A DNA stretch of 63,762 nucleotides, the filler included, from an uncultured Synergistales bacterium (GTDB lineage: Bacteria; Synergistota; Synergistia; Synergistales; Aminobacteriaceae), in assembly GCA_937897575.1 (NCBI GenBank). It is 10 parts of 10 records of this genome, joined end to end, with 100 filler letters (N's around TTAATTAATTAA, not from the genome) between each part and the next. Parts side by side here need not be neighbours in the genome. Positions count along the whole stretch, not along the records: positions 4,478 to 15,559 come from CALCQG010000136.1; positions 15,660 to 21,384 come from CALCQG010000138.1; 8 more parts are not named here. The stretch is one strand, 5' to 3'. The notes below the pieces were generated by a model. The model had not been told where the DNA came from, made no database searches, and was given only the letters and a program-made list of their open reading frames with translations. Below are positions 9,383-19,881 of this stretch, in pieces (the first letter of the stretch is position 1; each line of letters begins with the position of its first letter). The position numbers and the translations under genes were made by a program.

Positions 9383-9987
9383 ACGTCCTGCTCTGGCTTC
9401 TTCTGGGGTATTTCGCCGGCTCCTTCCCGTCGGGGTACCTTGCGGCCCGGCTCGTTCGGGGCACGGATATCCGCACGACGGGATCGGGCAACGTCGGAGC
9501 GACCAACGTCGGACGGCTGATGGGCAAGAAATGGGCCGCGGCCGTTTCGGTGGCCGATATGGTGAAGGCCTCCGTCGGCCTTCTTCTTGCCAGGGCCTTC
9601 GGCGTGACGGAACCCTGGCTCCTCGCTCTGATCGCCTGCGCCGGAGTTCTCGGCCACGTTTTCCCCCTGTGGCTGGGCTTCAAAGGCGGCAAAGGGGTCT
9701 CGTCGATCTACGGGGTGCTCTTCTTCCTGTTCCCCCCGACCTCCTTTCTGCTCGCCCCGGCGGGCGGCATCGTCTGGTTCCTCGTCCTGAAGCTGACGGG
9801 ATACGTGTCCGTCGCCTCCCTCGTCTCCCTCTGGTGTATGCCGCCTCTTGCGGCACTTCTGTCCTTTCCGGCTCCCTACGTCATCGCCCTGGCCGCCCTG
9901 GCCGCTCTCTCCACCATCCTGCACAGGGACAACATCCGAAGGCTCAAGAACGGCACAGAAAGCCGATTCGGCAAACCCCGCCCGTAA
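9379..9987 (+). CDS. plsY: Glycerol-3-phosphate acyltransferase PlsY
   Basis: GSGNVGATN, GHVFPLWLGFKGGKGV, HRDNIRRL. Confidence 0.96.
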   Translation: MNVLLWLLLGYFAGSFPSGYLAARLVRGTDIRTTGSGNVGATNVGRLMGKKWAAAVSVADMVKASVGLLLARAFGVTEPWLLALIACAGVLGHVFPLWLGFKGGKGVSSIYGVLFFLFPPTSFLLAPAGGIVWFLVLKLTGYVSVASLVSLWCMPPLAALLSFPAPYVIALAALAALSTILHRDNIRRLKNGTESRFGKPRP

Positions 9988-10012
9988 CGCGTCCGTAGGG
10001 GCGGACAGTATA

Positions 10013-10042
10013 GTTGACTAATATTGACCAATGGCGTACAAT
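10013..10042 (+). promoter_or_regulatory. Sigma70 promoter overlapped by a CtsR heptad-repeat operator
   Basis: TTGACT(10014)-17-TACAAT(10037); bottom strand GGTCAAT-ATT-AGTCAAC resembles the CtsR box RGTCAAA-N3-RGTCAAA. Confidence 0.75.
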
Positions 10043-10077
10043 GGTCACTGGCAAATACTGGAACGGGAGGAAGGACA

Positions 10078-10557
10078 ATGGCCAGTCTGACGCGAACCAT
10101 CGAACGGTACATAAACGACCTGTTCGACGAAGTGGAGGAGCATTCCGTCTCATTGCGGCGAAAGGAGCTCGCGGAGATATTCGGATGCGTCCCGAGCCAG
10201 ATCAACTACGTCCTCAGAAGCCGGTTCACGCCGGAGCGCGGATATCTTGTCGAGAGTCAGAGAGGCGGGCACGGGTACATCAAAATACTCCGCATCACGT
10301 ACAATCTGCCGGAGGAGAAGATCAGCCATATCGAGGACATAGTGGGCGAAACCATCTCCGAGCAGGAGGCGAGGCGCCTTCTCGCCACCCTTCAGGAGCG
10401 CGGCATCTTGGAACCCCGCGAACGGCTGCTCATCGAGGTGGCCCTTCGCCACGCCGAGGACCTCGGGAGCTCCGAGTTCGACATATCGCCCTACAAGAGG
10501 AGTTTCATCCAGGCCGAACTCCTCAAGCGAATGCTTCGAAGCCTGGTACTTTCATAA
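10078..10557 (+). CDS. ctsR: Class III heat-shock repressor CtsR
   Basis: ELAEIFGCVPSQINYVL..RF..GYLVESQRGGHGYIKI. Confidence 0.95.
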   Translation: MASLTRTIERYINDLFDEVEEHSVSLRRKELAEIFGCVPSQINYVLRSRFTPERGYLVESQRGGHGYIKILRITYNLPEEKISHIEDIVGETISEQEARRLLATLQERGILEPRERLLIEVALRHAEDLGSSEFDISPYKRSFIQAELLKRMLRSLVLS

Positions 10558-10601
10558 TCCGCGGGCATTGAATCCGGCGGAAAGAAAAGAGGTGACGACC
10601 C

Positions 10602-13091
10602 ATGTGGCAATTTTTTACCGATCCCGCAAAAAAAGTCGTGCAGCTCGCTCATAGAGAGGCCCTTCGCCTCGGCTATGACGTCATCGGCACGGAACACATC
10701 CTCCTCGGCATTCTGGCCGAGGGAGAGGGCCTCGCTGTGCAGGCTCTCGATGCTCTGGGGATAAATATGGACGACCTCAGGGAGCGGCTTGAGCGGACCA
10801 TGGGGCAGTCCACGCCCATTCTCAAGCCGCTCCCTGAGGTCGTCCATATTTATCCGAAACATGTTCTGGACCTCTCCATACGGGAGGCCCGAAATATGGG
10901 GGTCAACTACGTGGGGACGGAGCACCTTCTCCTCGGCCTTCTCGCCGAGGGAGAGGGCATCGTGCCCCAGACGCTGCTGTCCCTGGGCGTGGATCACCCC
11001 CTTGTGGCGAAGGAGATAACGCGCCTTCTCTCCGAGGGTGGCGCGGGCCAGGGGAACAAAGAGGGAGAGAGCAGGCCGAGAGGGCGGGTCAAAACGCCCA
11101 CGCTGGACCAGCTTGCCATCGACCTGAGCGAAAAGAGCCGCAAGGGCGAGCTGGACCCCGTCATCGGGCGGGAGAAGGAGATTCGGAGGATCATCCAGAT
11201 ACTCTCCCGGCGGACGAAGAACAACCCCGTGCTCATCGGTGAGCCGGGCGTCGGCAAGACGGCCATCGTCGAGGGGCTTGCCCAGCGGATCATCGAGGGG
11301 AACGTGCCCGAACTGCTGAAGGATAAGCGGGTTGTCCAGCTCAACATGGGCAACCTCGTGGCGGGCACGAAATACCGCGGCGAGTTCGAGGAGCGGATGA
11401 GAAAGCTTGTGAAGGAGCTCACGGACACGAAGGATGTGATCCTCTTCATCGACGAGGTTCATACGATCGTCGGGGCGGGCGGCGCCGAAGGCGCAGTGGA
11501 CGCCGCGAACATCCTGAAGCCCAGCCTCTCCAGGGGGGAGTTCCAGGTCATCGGGGCCACGACTCTGGACGAGTACAGAAAGCACATCGAGAAGGACGCG
11601 GCGCTCGAGCGGCGATTCCAGCCCGTCCAGGTGCAAGAGCCCACCGTGGCCGACTCCATTCGTATCCTGGAGGGGCTCAGGGACCGGTACGAAGTGCACC
11701 ACAAGACGAAGATACAGGACGACGCCCTCGAGGCGGCCGCCCGGCTCTCCGCCCGCTACATCACCGACAGGAAGCTCCCCGACAAGGGCATCGACCTGAT
11801 CGACGAGGCGGCCGCCCGGGCGCGGATCAAGGCCATGGAGACGCCCGACGAACTGAAGGCACGCTCCCGCGAGCTGGAGAACATCCGCAGGCAGAAGGAG
11901 ACCGCCGTGGAGGTCCAGGACTTCGAGAAGGCTGCGCAGTACCGGGACGAGGAGAACCGCCTGTCCCGGCAGCTCGAGGAGGAGACGGAGGAGTGGCGGA
12001 ACGGACAGAGCTCCTATCAGGCGCTGGTCACGAGCGAGGACATCGCGAACGTGATCTCCGAGTGGACGGGTATCCCCGTCACCCAGCTCACCGGCGAGGA
12101 GTCGGAACGCCTGCTCAGGATGGAGGAGGAGATCGCCTGCCGCCTTGTGGGGCAGGACGAGGCCGTCACCTCCATTGCGCGGGCGATCCGGAGGGCCAGG
12201 AGCGGCCTGAAGGACCCGAAGCGCCCCATAGGGAGCTTTCTGCTCCTGGGGCCGACGGGCGTCGGCAAGACGGAGCTTGCCCGGTGCCTCGCCCGGTTCC
12301 TCTTCGGGTCGGAGGAGACCATGATACGCCTCGACATGAGTGAGTTCATGGAGAAGCACGAGGTGTCGAAGCTCATCGGCGCTCCCCCCGGCTACGTGGG
12401 GTATGAGGAGGGAGGCAAACTGACGGAGGCCGTCCGGCGACGTCCGTACTCCGTGGTGCTCTTCGACGAAATAGAGAAGGCCCACCCGGACGTCTTCAAC
12501 ATGATGCTCCAGATCCTCGACGACGGGCGTCTCACGGACGGGCAGGGCGCAACCGTGGACTTCCGGAACACGGTGATCCTCATGACGAGCAACGTAGGAG
12601 CCCGGGACATGATGAAGGGCACGACCCTGGGGTTCTCGGGGTCGGGCGGGAGCGACCATTTCGACTGGGACAAGATGAAGGGGACGATCCTGGACGAGGT
12701 CAACCGGCTTTTCAGGCCGGAGTTCCTCAACAGGCTGGACGAGATGATCGTCTTCCGTCCGCTGAGCAGGGAGAACATGATGAAGATCGTGGACATCATG
12801 CTGAGCGACGTGCGGGAACGCCTTACGGAGCGGGGCATCGATCTTGTGCTGAGCCCGGAGGTCCGGGATCGGATCCTGGAGCGGGGGTACCAGCCGAAGT
12901 TCGGCGCGCGACCTCTGCGAAGGGCGATCCAGACGATCATCGAGAACCGTCTGGCGGACTATCTGCTTGAGCCGGGCAACGCGAGGGTGTCGGCTGTGGA
13001 GGCCTACCTTCAGGACGACGAAGTCCTGTTCAGGGCGCTCTCGGAACGGCCCGAGGAGGCCCCACCCCTTGCGCAGGCGTTCAAAACGTAG
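10602..13091 (+). CDS. clpC: ATP-dependent Clp protease ATPase ClpC
   Basis: Two Clp-N repeats (GTEH); Walker A GEPGVGKT and [16 protein letters not shown]. Confidence 0.97.
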   Translation: MWQFFTDPAKKVVQLAHREALRLGYDVIGTEHILLGILAEGEGLAVQALDALGINMDDLRERLERTMGQSTPILKPLPEVVHIYPKHVLDLSIREARNMGVNYVGTEHLLLGLLAEGEGIVPQTLLSLGVDHPLVAKEITRLLSEGGAGQGNKEGESRPRGRVKTPTLDQLAIDLSEKSRKGELDPVIGREKEIRRIIQILSRRTKNNPVLIGEPGVGKTAIVEGLAQRIIEGNVPELLKDKRVVQLNMGNLVAGTKYRGEFEERMRKLVKELTDTKDVILFIDEVHTIVGAGGAEGAVDAANILKPSLSRGEFQVIGATTLDEYRKHIEKDAALERRFQPVQVQEPTVADSIRILEGLRDRYEVHHKTKIQDDALEAAARLSARYITDRKLPDKGIDLIDEAAARARIKAMETPDELKARSRELENIRRQKETAVEVQDFEKAAQYRDEENRLSRQLEEETEEWRNGQSSYQALVTSEDIANVISEWTGIPVTQLTGEESERLLRMEEEIACRLVGQDEAVTSIARAIRRARSGLKDPKRPIGSFLLLGPTGVGKTELARCLARFLFGSEETMIRLDMSEFMEKHEVSKLIGAPPGYVGYEEGGKLTEAVRRRPYSVVLFDEIEKAHPDVFNMMLQILDDGRLTDGQGATVDFRNTVILMTSNVGARDMMKGTTLGFSGSGGSDHFDWDKMKGTILDEVNRLFRPEFLNRLDEMIVFRPLSRENMMKIVDIMLSDVRERLTERGIDLVLSPEVRDRILERGYQPKFGARPLRRAIQTIIENRLADYLLEPGNARVSAVEAYLQDDEVLFRALSERPEEAPPLAQAFKT
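10759..10855. repeat. Perfect 35-bp inverted repeat with 27-bp spacer inside clpC
   Basis: 10759-10793 is the exact reverse complement of 10821-10855. Confidence 0.95.
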
Positions 13092-13160
13092 TACCGTAGG
13101 GTCGGGCCGTTCCCTCTCAGGGGAGAGACCCTGAAGATTCAGATCGCTGTGCGGAGAGAT

Positions 13161-13193
13161 CCCGCCTCCCATTCTGTCGGGGGGCGGGTTTTT
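13161..13193 (+). terminator. Intrinsic terminator after clpC
   Basis: CCCGCCTCCC-8 nt-GGGGGGCGGG-TTTTT. Confidence 0.75.
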
Positions 13194-13218
13194 CGCAGGA
13201 AGAGGTGAGGATGGCGTC

Positions 13219-13668
13219 ATGGAGGATGAACTGCGCGCTGAAGGCATCCTGCTTCCCAAATGGCTTCGGTGTATCGGTTTTCTGATGGGGGCCGTTCTCT
13301 TCTCCGATGGACTGCGCCGCCTTTTTTCGTTCACCGGCGGAATGGCCTCCCACATTCCCTATCTGGTCGTCGGCGCTGCCTGTATGCTCATCGCGGGGTA
13401 CGAGCGGGAGATGCACCTCTCGAAGGAGGGGCTCGTTCGACGGACGATGTTCTGGGGGATCGGTGGCAGGGATGTCCTGCCATGGGATACAATGAAGGAG
13501 ATCGCCGTCCTTCCCTCGGATCGGGGAACAGGCGTCCTGTTCACCGTGGAGGGGAACGCCAAAGGGGTGAGCGTCTTCTTCCCGGGGGTTGGCGCCGAAA
13601 GGATCGGGGCTATGGCGTCGGAGCACGCCGCCGATCTCGCGGTCGTCCTGAGGGATCGGCGAGCGTGA
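13219..13668 (+). CDS. Hypothetical membrane protein (two TM helices plus soluble tail)
   Basis: RBS GAGG; two hydrophobic segments. Confidence 0.6.
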   Translation: MEDELRAEGILLPKWLRCIGFLMGAVLFSDGLRRLFSFTGGMASHIPYLVVGAACMLIAGYEREMHLSKEGLVRRTMFWGIGGRDVLPWDTMKEIAVLPSDRGTGVLFTVEGNAKGVSVFFPGVGAERIGAMASEHAADLAVVLRDRRA

Positions 13669-13727
13669 CGGTTTCCGGGGAGGACGTTGTGCCCTACGGG
13701 TTCATCTGAAAGGAGGAGTGCGTCATC

Positions 13728-14840
13728 GTGGAAAGAGAGAATACCATTCAACAAGCTCTCCGGCACGGGCAGAGCATATGGTGCGATTTCCTGAGCAGGA
13801 GCCTGCTTCGTTCCGGAGAGCTCGACGACATGATCCGCATGGGAGTCCGGGGCGTGACAACGAACCCGTCGATCTTCGAGAAAGCCATCGGCCAGACGAA
13901 CGACTACGACGAGGATATCCTGGCCTACGTCCGGCAGGGTCGGAACAGGGAGGAGATATACACCGCCCTCACGGTGGCGGATGTCCGGGAGGGGGCGGAT
14001 CATTTCCTGTCCGTCTATGAGACGAGCGGGGGGGGAGACGGGTTCGTCAGCCTCGAGGTGAGCCCCATGATCGCCCACGACATGGAGGCCACCGTCAAGG
14101 AGGCGAAGGCCCTGGCGGAGCTCGTCGACCGGAAGAACGTCATGATCAAGATCCCGGCCACGCCAGCAGGGGTCCAAGCCCTTCGCCGCTGTACGGCCGA
14201 AGGGCTCTGCATCAACGCCACGCTCATCTTCTCCCGGCACCAGTACCGCGATGTGGCGGCGGCCTATATCGAAGGGCTCGAGGAGAGGCAGACTCAGGGA
14301 GGGGACCTGACCTCCGTGGCGTCCGTCGCCTCGCTCTTCGTCAGCCGTATCGACACGGCGGTCGATAAAGCGCTTCAGGAGAAGGGTGAAAGAGACCTTC
14401 TCGGGCGCATCGCCGTCGACAACGCTCGGGCGGCGTATCGGGATTTCGAGGAGCTCTTCTCGTCGGCGCGCTGGCGCGCTCTTGAAGGCGCCGGAGCGAA
14501 GGTGCAGCGTCCGCTCTGGGCGAGTACCGGCACGAAGAACCCGGACTACTCCAGGACGCTGTATGTGGATTCCCTCATCGGCCCCAACACGGTCAACACC
14601 GTGCCGCCCGAGACGATGAAGGCCTTTCTGTCGTCCGGGTGTGCAGCGGAGACCGTCACCGACGACCGGCAGGGGATGGAGAGGCGGCTGGCGATATTGG
14701 AGGCCGTCGGAGTCCATCTCGACGAGATAACGGCCAGGCTCCTTGTGGAGGGGCTGGACGCCTTCGAAACGGCCTACCTCTCTCTGCTCGACGGCATCGG
14801 GAAGAAGGGACGGGCCCTCTCGGGGGAGGACGTCGGTTGA
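13728..14840 (+). CDS. tal: Transaldolase (large form)
   Basis: GVTTNPSIF, VSLEVSP, MIKIPAT, NATLIFS, ASLFVSRID, RPLWASTG. Confidence 0.95.
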   Translation: MERENTIQQALRHGQSIWCDFLSRSLLRSGELDDMIRMGVRGVTTNPSIFEKAIGQTNDYDEDILAYVRQGRNREEIYTALTVADVREGADHFLSVYETSGGGDGFVSLEVSPMIAHDMEATVKEAKALAELVDRKNVMIKIPATPAGVQALRRCTAEGLCINATLIFSRHQYRDVAAAYIEGLEERQTQGGDLTSVASVASLFVSRIDTAVDKALQEKGERDLLGRIAVDNARAAYRDFEELFSSARWRALEGAGAKVQRPLWASTGTKNPDYSRTLYVDSLIGPNTVNTVPPETMKAFLSSGCAAETVTDDRQGMERRLAILEAVGVHLDEITARLLVEGLDAFETAYLSLLDGIGKKGRALSGEDVG

Positions 14841-14865
14841 CAGATGGTGTCTGACTCCCTATAAT
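14837..14865 (+). promoter_or_regulatory. Consensus sigma70 promoter of tRNA-Ala
   Basis: TTGACA-17 bp-TATAAT, overlapping the tal stop codon. Confidence 0.9.
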
Positions 14866-14881
14866 ACATCCGTTTGGGCGT

Positions 14882-14957
<76 letters not shown>

Positions 14958-14983
14958 TTGTATCTGTGACCCTCGCACGACGA

Positions 14984-15020
14984 ACGACGACCCCGGATGA
15001 CTCCGGGGTCGTCGTGTTTC
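14984..15020 (+). terminator. Hairpin/terminator after tRNA-Ala
   Basis: 14-bp stem ACGACGACCCCGGA/TCCGGGGTCGTCGT then GTTT. Confidence 0.65.
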
Positions 15021-15195
15021 AAGGCGGTGCCCGGCAGCGCGTGGCTTCTCCTTGCCCTGAGCGTCGGGAGCGCGGCCATCCACCCTCGGGGGGCGCACAG
15101 TGGGATGAAGGACGACACCGTGATATAATCAACCCCGTTGAGCACCCAACGGGCCGCTGCTTCTGAAGGGCGGCGGGAAAAGAGGAGGAGTGACG

Positions 15196-15559
15196 ATGTC
15201 GCCGAAGGGGTATCACTTCATTGTGGAGGCGTCCGGATGCAGTCCCGTCATCGCGCAGGTCGACAGGCTTCAGGAGATTCTGGTCGAGGCCGCGAGGCGT
15301 GCGAACACTCATGTGTGGTCCGTCTCGTTCCACCGTTTCCCGCCCGACGGGGTGAGCGGCGTCGTCGTGATCAGCGAGTCCCATCTCTCGATTCACACAT
15401 GGCCTGAGGTCGGCTATATGGCCCTCGACATATACACCTGCGGCGAGGCGAGCAAACCGCAGGTTGCGGTGGAGTACGTCCTCGAGCAGATCGGAGCCGG
15501 ACACACGCACATAACGGAGATCAGCCGCGGCCTCGACGATGGGGACGAGGAGTACTACC
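15196..15559 (+). CDS. speD: S-adenosylmethionine decarboxylase proenzyme (3'-truncated)
   Basis: GVSGVVVISESHLSIHTWPE..DIYTCG with the E-S self-cleavage site. Confidence 0.92.
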
Positions 15560-15659
15560 NNNNNNNNNNNNNNNNNNNNNNNNNNNNNNNNNNNNNNNNN
15601 NNNTTAATTAATTAANNNNNNNNNNNNNNNNNNNNNNNNNNNNNNNNNNNNNNNNNNNN
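15560..15659. other. Artificial contig linker
   Basis: N44-TTAATTAATTAA-N44. Confidence 0.98.
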
Positions 15660-16981
15660 GGACCCTCCCGCACGCTCCGCTTCACCATCGGCAGTATCAG
15701 GCCCCTGCTCTTCTTGTTGGCCTTCCAGACGTGGAGGCCGAGGGCCACGCCGATGACGCCGTAGACCATGAAGGTCCTGAAGTACTCCCCGAGGATGGCC
15801 TGTCCGAAGAGGGACTGGCCGATCTCCGGCGACATGATGAACATGGCGTTGAAGAGGATGGTCCCGAAGAGGGCGTGGGTTATGCTCGCCTTCGAGGTGG
15901 ACGCGCCGCCCACAAGCAGGGCCGCCACGGAGAACATGCCGATCTGGGTATGGGCGTTGTAGGTGTTCAGGGTCCCCATGTTCTGGAGGTAGATGATCTG
16001 CCCCCAGGCGGCGAGGACGGTGGAGATCACGGTGGCGATGATCCGCGTCCTGTCCACGTTGATCCCCGAGACCTCCGCCGTGTGCTGGCTCTGCCCCACG
16101 GACCGGAAGTCCTGCCCCAGCTTGGTCTTCATGATCAGGACCGTGAAGACGCAGAGTCCGATGATGAGCAACCCCGTCACCACGGGGACCTTTCGCACCA
16201 TCATGAGCTCTGACTTCGTCACCATGGCGTGGACCGCCACGCCCGCGATGGCAAGGCACAGCGCCCCGTTCACGATGAGGGACGACCTGTTGTTCAGGTA
16301 CTCCCGCCCCTTGCGTATGTTCAGCCAGTAGCGGACCGCCAGCAGCACGAGCAGCCCGATCGCGACGATGAGGAGGGCGTGGACGAAGGGGATCTGGTAG
16401 ATGTTGTCCAGGGCGTACTTCAACCCCCCCTGCTTGACGGGGACGAGGTCGACGGTCATGCGGATGCCTATTCCGTCGGGTTTGATCATGGGGTGGGTCG
16501 CCGGGACGGCGATGACCATGCCGACGACGAAGAGGAAGAGGAACTGGTAGATCCCGTTGGCGAAGAAGCCGACGATGAGGCTCGCGATCATCTCCTGCCC
16601 GCGGGTCTTGTTGTAGAGTTTTCCCGTAAAGTAGCCGCAGATGGCCGCCACGACCATGGCCACGGCGAAGCAGAACAGAAGGCCCGATAGGCCCCCCATC
16701 TCGAAGTAGCGCGCCAGGGCGATGGCCACCTGGCCGGACATGGCGCCGATGACGATGCCGAAATTGAGGCCGAGCCCCGCGAGCACCGGGATGATGAGGG
16801 AGAGGACGAGGAAGGAGTTCCGGAACACTCTGCTCGACAGTTCGGAGAAGAAGAAGGCCATGGACACCCCGCTGGAGACCATGAAGCCGAAGAGGGTAAA
16901 GGCCACGAAGATGATGGTCACCAGATTTTCGAGGATCCAGGAGCCTGCGCCGTTTGAGTTCCTGTTGAGCCCGTTCATCAC
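15660..16981 (-). CDS. ABC transporter permease (3' end at contig edge)
   Basis: Multi-TM; KLGQDFRSVGQSQHTAEVSGIN EAA-like loop. Confidence 0.9.
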
Positions 16982-18054
16982 TGCACACCCCTTTTGACCT
17001 GCGTCAGGGCGTAGAGGATGATGCCGTTCTGGATGATCATCCTCATGATCTCCGACAGGTCGGTTCCGACGAAGAGCTCGTTCGCCACGGGAAGGGCCGT
17101 GGTGAGCAGCCCCTGGAACAGGACGACGCCGATGATGACGTGGGAGACCTTTGCCCGGGAGGCCGTGGCGCCGCCGATGAGGATCGCGGCGACGGCGGGG
17201 AAGGCCATCATCAGGGGTGCCGTGTAGAGCTGGGCGTATCCGTAGCTCTGGGAGTAGACGATGATCCCGATGGCTCCGAGGACGGTGGAGAGCACGTTGG
17301 CCAGGACCCGGTTCCGGTCGATGTTGAGCCCCGCCGCCTGAGCGAACTTGGGGTTGATGCCCCCCGCGGAGATGGCGATGCCCAGTTTCGACCGGAAGAA
17401 GAGCCAGACGAGAAAGGCGAAGAGGGCGAAGGTGAACAGGAGCCCCGTGGGAATGATCACCGTACCGATGGTGAACTGGAGGAAGTTGTTGAGGATCTGG
17501 GCTCCGCCGACGGCGTCAAGCTGGATGGTCTCCCTGAGCCCCTTGCCGATGAACCAGCCCATCTTCGGGTTGCGGAAGGGAATCATGAGCCACGCCAGAC
17601 ACATGAGGGCGACGATGGAGAAGCCGGTGTAGGTGGCGATGGTCATCTCCGAGCCCTTGACGGCGTTCATGAGCTTGCCGTACCCGTAGCCCACGACGGC
17701 GGCCAGGGGGATGGCGAGGGCGAAGGAGGTCAGGAGCCAGGCTATCCCCATCATGTCCAGCTCGATGGAGACGACGAGGCCCAGAAGCCCGCAGACGATC
17801 CCGATGGGGAGGGCGAAGTTCGGCCCCGTGCCCGACTGGATGGCGGGCACCATGGCGAGGACGAGGATGCCGTTCATCCCGGCCCGCTTGATGGTGTCGC
17901 TGATCAGGGTGGCCATGGATATGCCCACGAAATGCCCGGCGATCAGGGTGAGCCCCCAGAAAGCGGCGATGATCACCGTGGGCAGGCCGATGCCCCCGAA
18001 CAGGTTTCTGGCGGTCCGTGCGCGATTGTCGCCTTTTCCGTTCATCTCAGCCAT
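16978..18054 (-). CDS. ABC transporter permease
   Basis: Multi-TM; GINPKFAQAAGLN; AVAAILIGGA. Confidence 0.9.
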   Translation of the reverse strand: MAEMNGKGDNRARTARNLFGGIGLPTVIIAAFWGLTLIAGHFVGISMATLISDTIKRAGMNGILVLAMVPAIQSGTGPNFALPIGIVCGLLGLVVSIELDMMGIAWLLTSFALAIPLAAVVGYGYGKLMNAVKGSEMTIATYTGFSIVALMCLAWLMIPFRNPKMGWFIGKGLRETIQLDAVGGAQILNNFLQFTIGTVIIPTGLLFTFALFAFLVWLFFRSKLGIAISAGGINPKFAQAAGLNIDRNRVLANVLSTVLGAIGIIVYSQSYGYAQLYTAPLMMAFPAVAAILIGGATASRAKVSHVIIGVVLFQGLLTTALPVANELFVGTDLSEIMRMIIQNGIILYALTQVKRGVQ

Positions 18055-19663
18055 GGTGGGCGCTCCTCTCCGGTGCGTCGTCCGTTTTTCTCCCCTTGCT
18101 GCCGGACATCATCAGGCCGAACTCGGCGTCGGAGGCGTCGGGGGGCAGCACCCCTCCGACCTTCCCCTCGCAGACGATGACGATCCTGTCGCAGATGCTC
18201 CGCAGCTCGGCCAGCTCGGAGGACGTCATGACGATGGTCATGCCCTCCTCCTCGTTAAGCTTCAGCAGCAGGTCGAGGATCAGCTTCTTCGCCCCGATGT
18301 CGATGCCGCGCGTGGGCTCCGAGACGAAGAGGAGGACGGGAGCCTGGGTCAGCGCCCGGGCCACGCAGACCTTCTGCTGGTTGCCTCCGCTCAGGCTGCC
18401 CGCGTGCTGAAGGGGGGACTCGCAGCGGATGTCCAGGTCCTCGATCATCTTCAGGGCGTGCTCCCGTATCGCGCCGTCGTCCTGAAAACGGAAGGGGCCG
18501 CCCTTCTTCAGAAAGCGGTTGTTCACCTGCATGGCGGTGAAGGCGATATTCAGCTCGATGGACTCGTTGAGCAGCAGGCCGACGCCCTTTCTGTCCTCGC
18601 TGACGAACCCCATCCCCGACGCCATGGCGGCCCGGGGGTCGTTGAGCGTCATGGATTCGCCGTTGAAGACGGCCTCCCCCCTGGCCGGGTAGGTGCCCAT
18701 GACCCCGTTGGCGATGCCGAGCTTTCCCTGCCCGGCGAGGCCGCCGATGCCCACGATCTCGCCCCTCCGGATGTCGAGGTCGATGCCCCGGACCATCTCG
18801 CCGGGCATTCCCACGCGCAGGTCGCGTATACCAAGGACGATCTCGTCGGAGACCCTGCGTTCGTCGGAGTGGACCCGGTCGATGGCCACCTTCCGCCCGA
18901 TCATCAGGGAGGCGATCTCCACAGCGTTCGTATCCTTGATGTCCTTGGTGACCACGAGCTCGCCGTCCCGGAGGACGGTGACCCTGTCGGCCACGCTGAC
19001 GATCTCGTCGAGCCTGTGGCTGATGAAGACGATGCCGATGCCCTTCGCGGCCAGGCGCTTGACGGCCGCGAGCAGATTTTGCGCCTCCGTCTCGGTGAGC
19101 ACCGCCGTGGGCTCGTCGAAGACGAGGATCTTGATGCCCATCTTATCGATCTCCCGGGCGATCTCCACAAACTGCATATGCCCCACGGGGAGCCCTGCGA
19201 CGAGGATGAACTCGTCGATGCCCATGTCCAGTTTGTCCAGGGCCTTTCGGGCGTCGGCGTTCATGGAGGTCATGTCGAGGGTCTCGAGGCGCTTGCCGAA
19301 CACTCTGGAGACCGCGTTCGGCGTGGTGATCTCCCGGTTGATCTTGATGTTCTCCGTGATGGTGTAGCCCGGTATGAGCATGAACTCCTGGTGAACCATG
19401 CCTATCCCGGCGTACATGGCCTCGTGGGGCGATTTGAAGCTGATTTTTTCGCCGTCTATCAGGACGTCGCCCTCATAGCCGCCGGTGCTCGTGATGACGG
19501 GCATGCCGAAGAGGATGTTCATAAGCGTGGATTTTCCGGCGCCGTTCTCGCCGATGAGGGCGTGGATCTCTCCCTTTCGGACGTCGAAGGTGATGTCTGA
19601 AAGGACGGTGTTTCCGTAGTAGCTCTTGGATATGTTCCTGAACTGGAGAAGGCTGTCGCTCAC
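18047..19663 (-). CDS. Sugar/nucleoside-type ABC ATPase (two NBDs)
   Basis: GENGAGKST, DEPT, LSGGNQQK, EPTRGIDIGAK. Confidence 0.95.
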   Translation of the reverse strand: MSDSLLQFRNISKSYYGNTVLSDITFDVRKGEIHALIGENGAGKSTLMNILFGMPVITSTGGYEGDVLIDGEKISFKSPHEAMYAGIGMVHQEFMLIPGYTITENIKINREITTPNAVSRVFGKRLETLDMTSMNADARKALDKLDMGIDEFILVAGLPVGHMQFVEIAREIDKMGIKILVFDEPTAVLTETEAQNLLAAVKRLAAKGIGIVFISHRLDEIVSVADRVTVLRDGELVVTKDIKDTNAVEIASLMIGRKVAIDRVHSDERRVSDEIVLGIRDLRVGMPGEMVRGIDLDIRRGEIVGIGGLAGQGKLGIANGVMGTYPARGEAVFNGESMTLNDPRAAMASGMGFVSEDRKGVGLLLNESIELNIAFTAMQVNNRFLKKGGPFRFQDDGAIREHALKMIEDLDIRCESPLQHAGSLSGGNQQKVCVARALTQAPVLLFVSEPTRGIDIGAKKLILDLLLKLNEEEGMTIVMTSSELAELRSICDRIVIVCEGKVGGVLPPDASDAEFGLMMSGSKGRKTDDAPERSAHHG

Positions 19664-19881
19664 CGCATAACCCCCTGTTGTGCAAAGTCGGGACGACGGC
19701 GGCAAAAAAAGCGGGGCCGAAGGGATTCAACCCCTGCGGAGCGGCCGGGGGGCGCTCCGGAATGGAGACGCGCCCCGAGCCCCGCTTCGTTGAAGGATCC
19801 GTTCGTCCCCGGATACCGCTCTTGATGGGCCCTTTTTCCAAAGACCCCGTCTGGTACAGCCTCTTTCGTGCCGGTCTCCCT

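Noticed and set aside
10491..13355. Long antisense or alternative-frame ORFs (also 1627-3333, 17711-19600, 34363-36834, 40648-42453)
   Set aside because: Shadows of real genes caused by high GC3; no motifs or RBS support.
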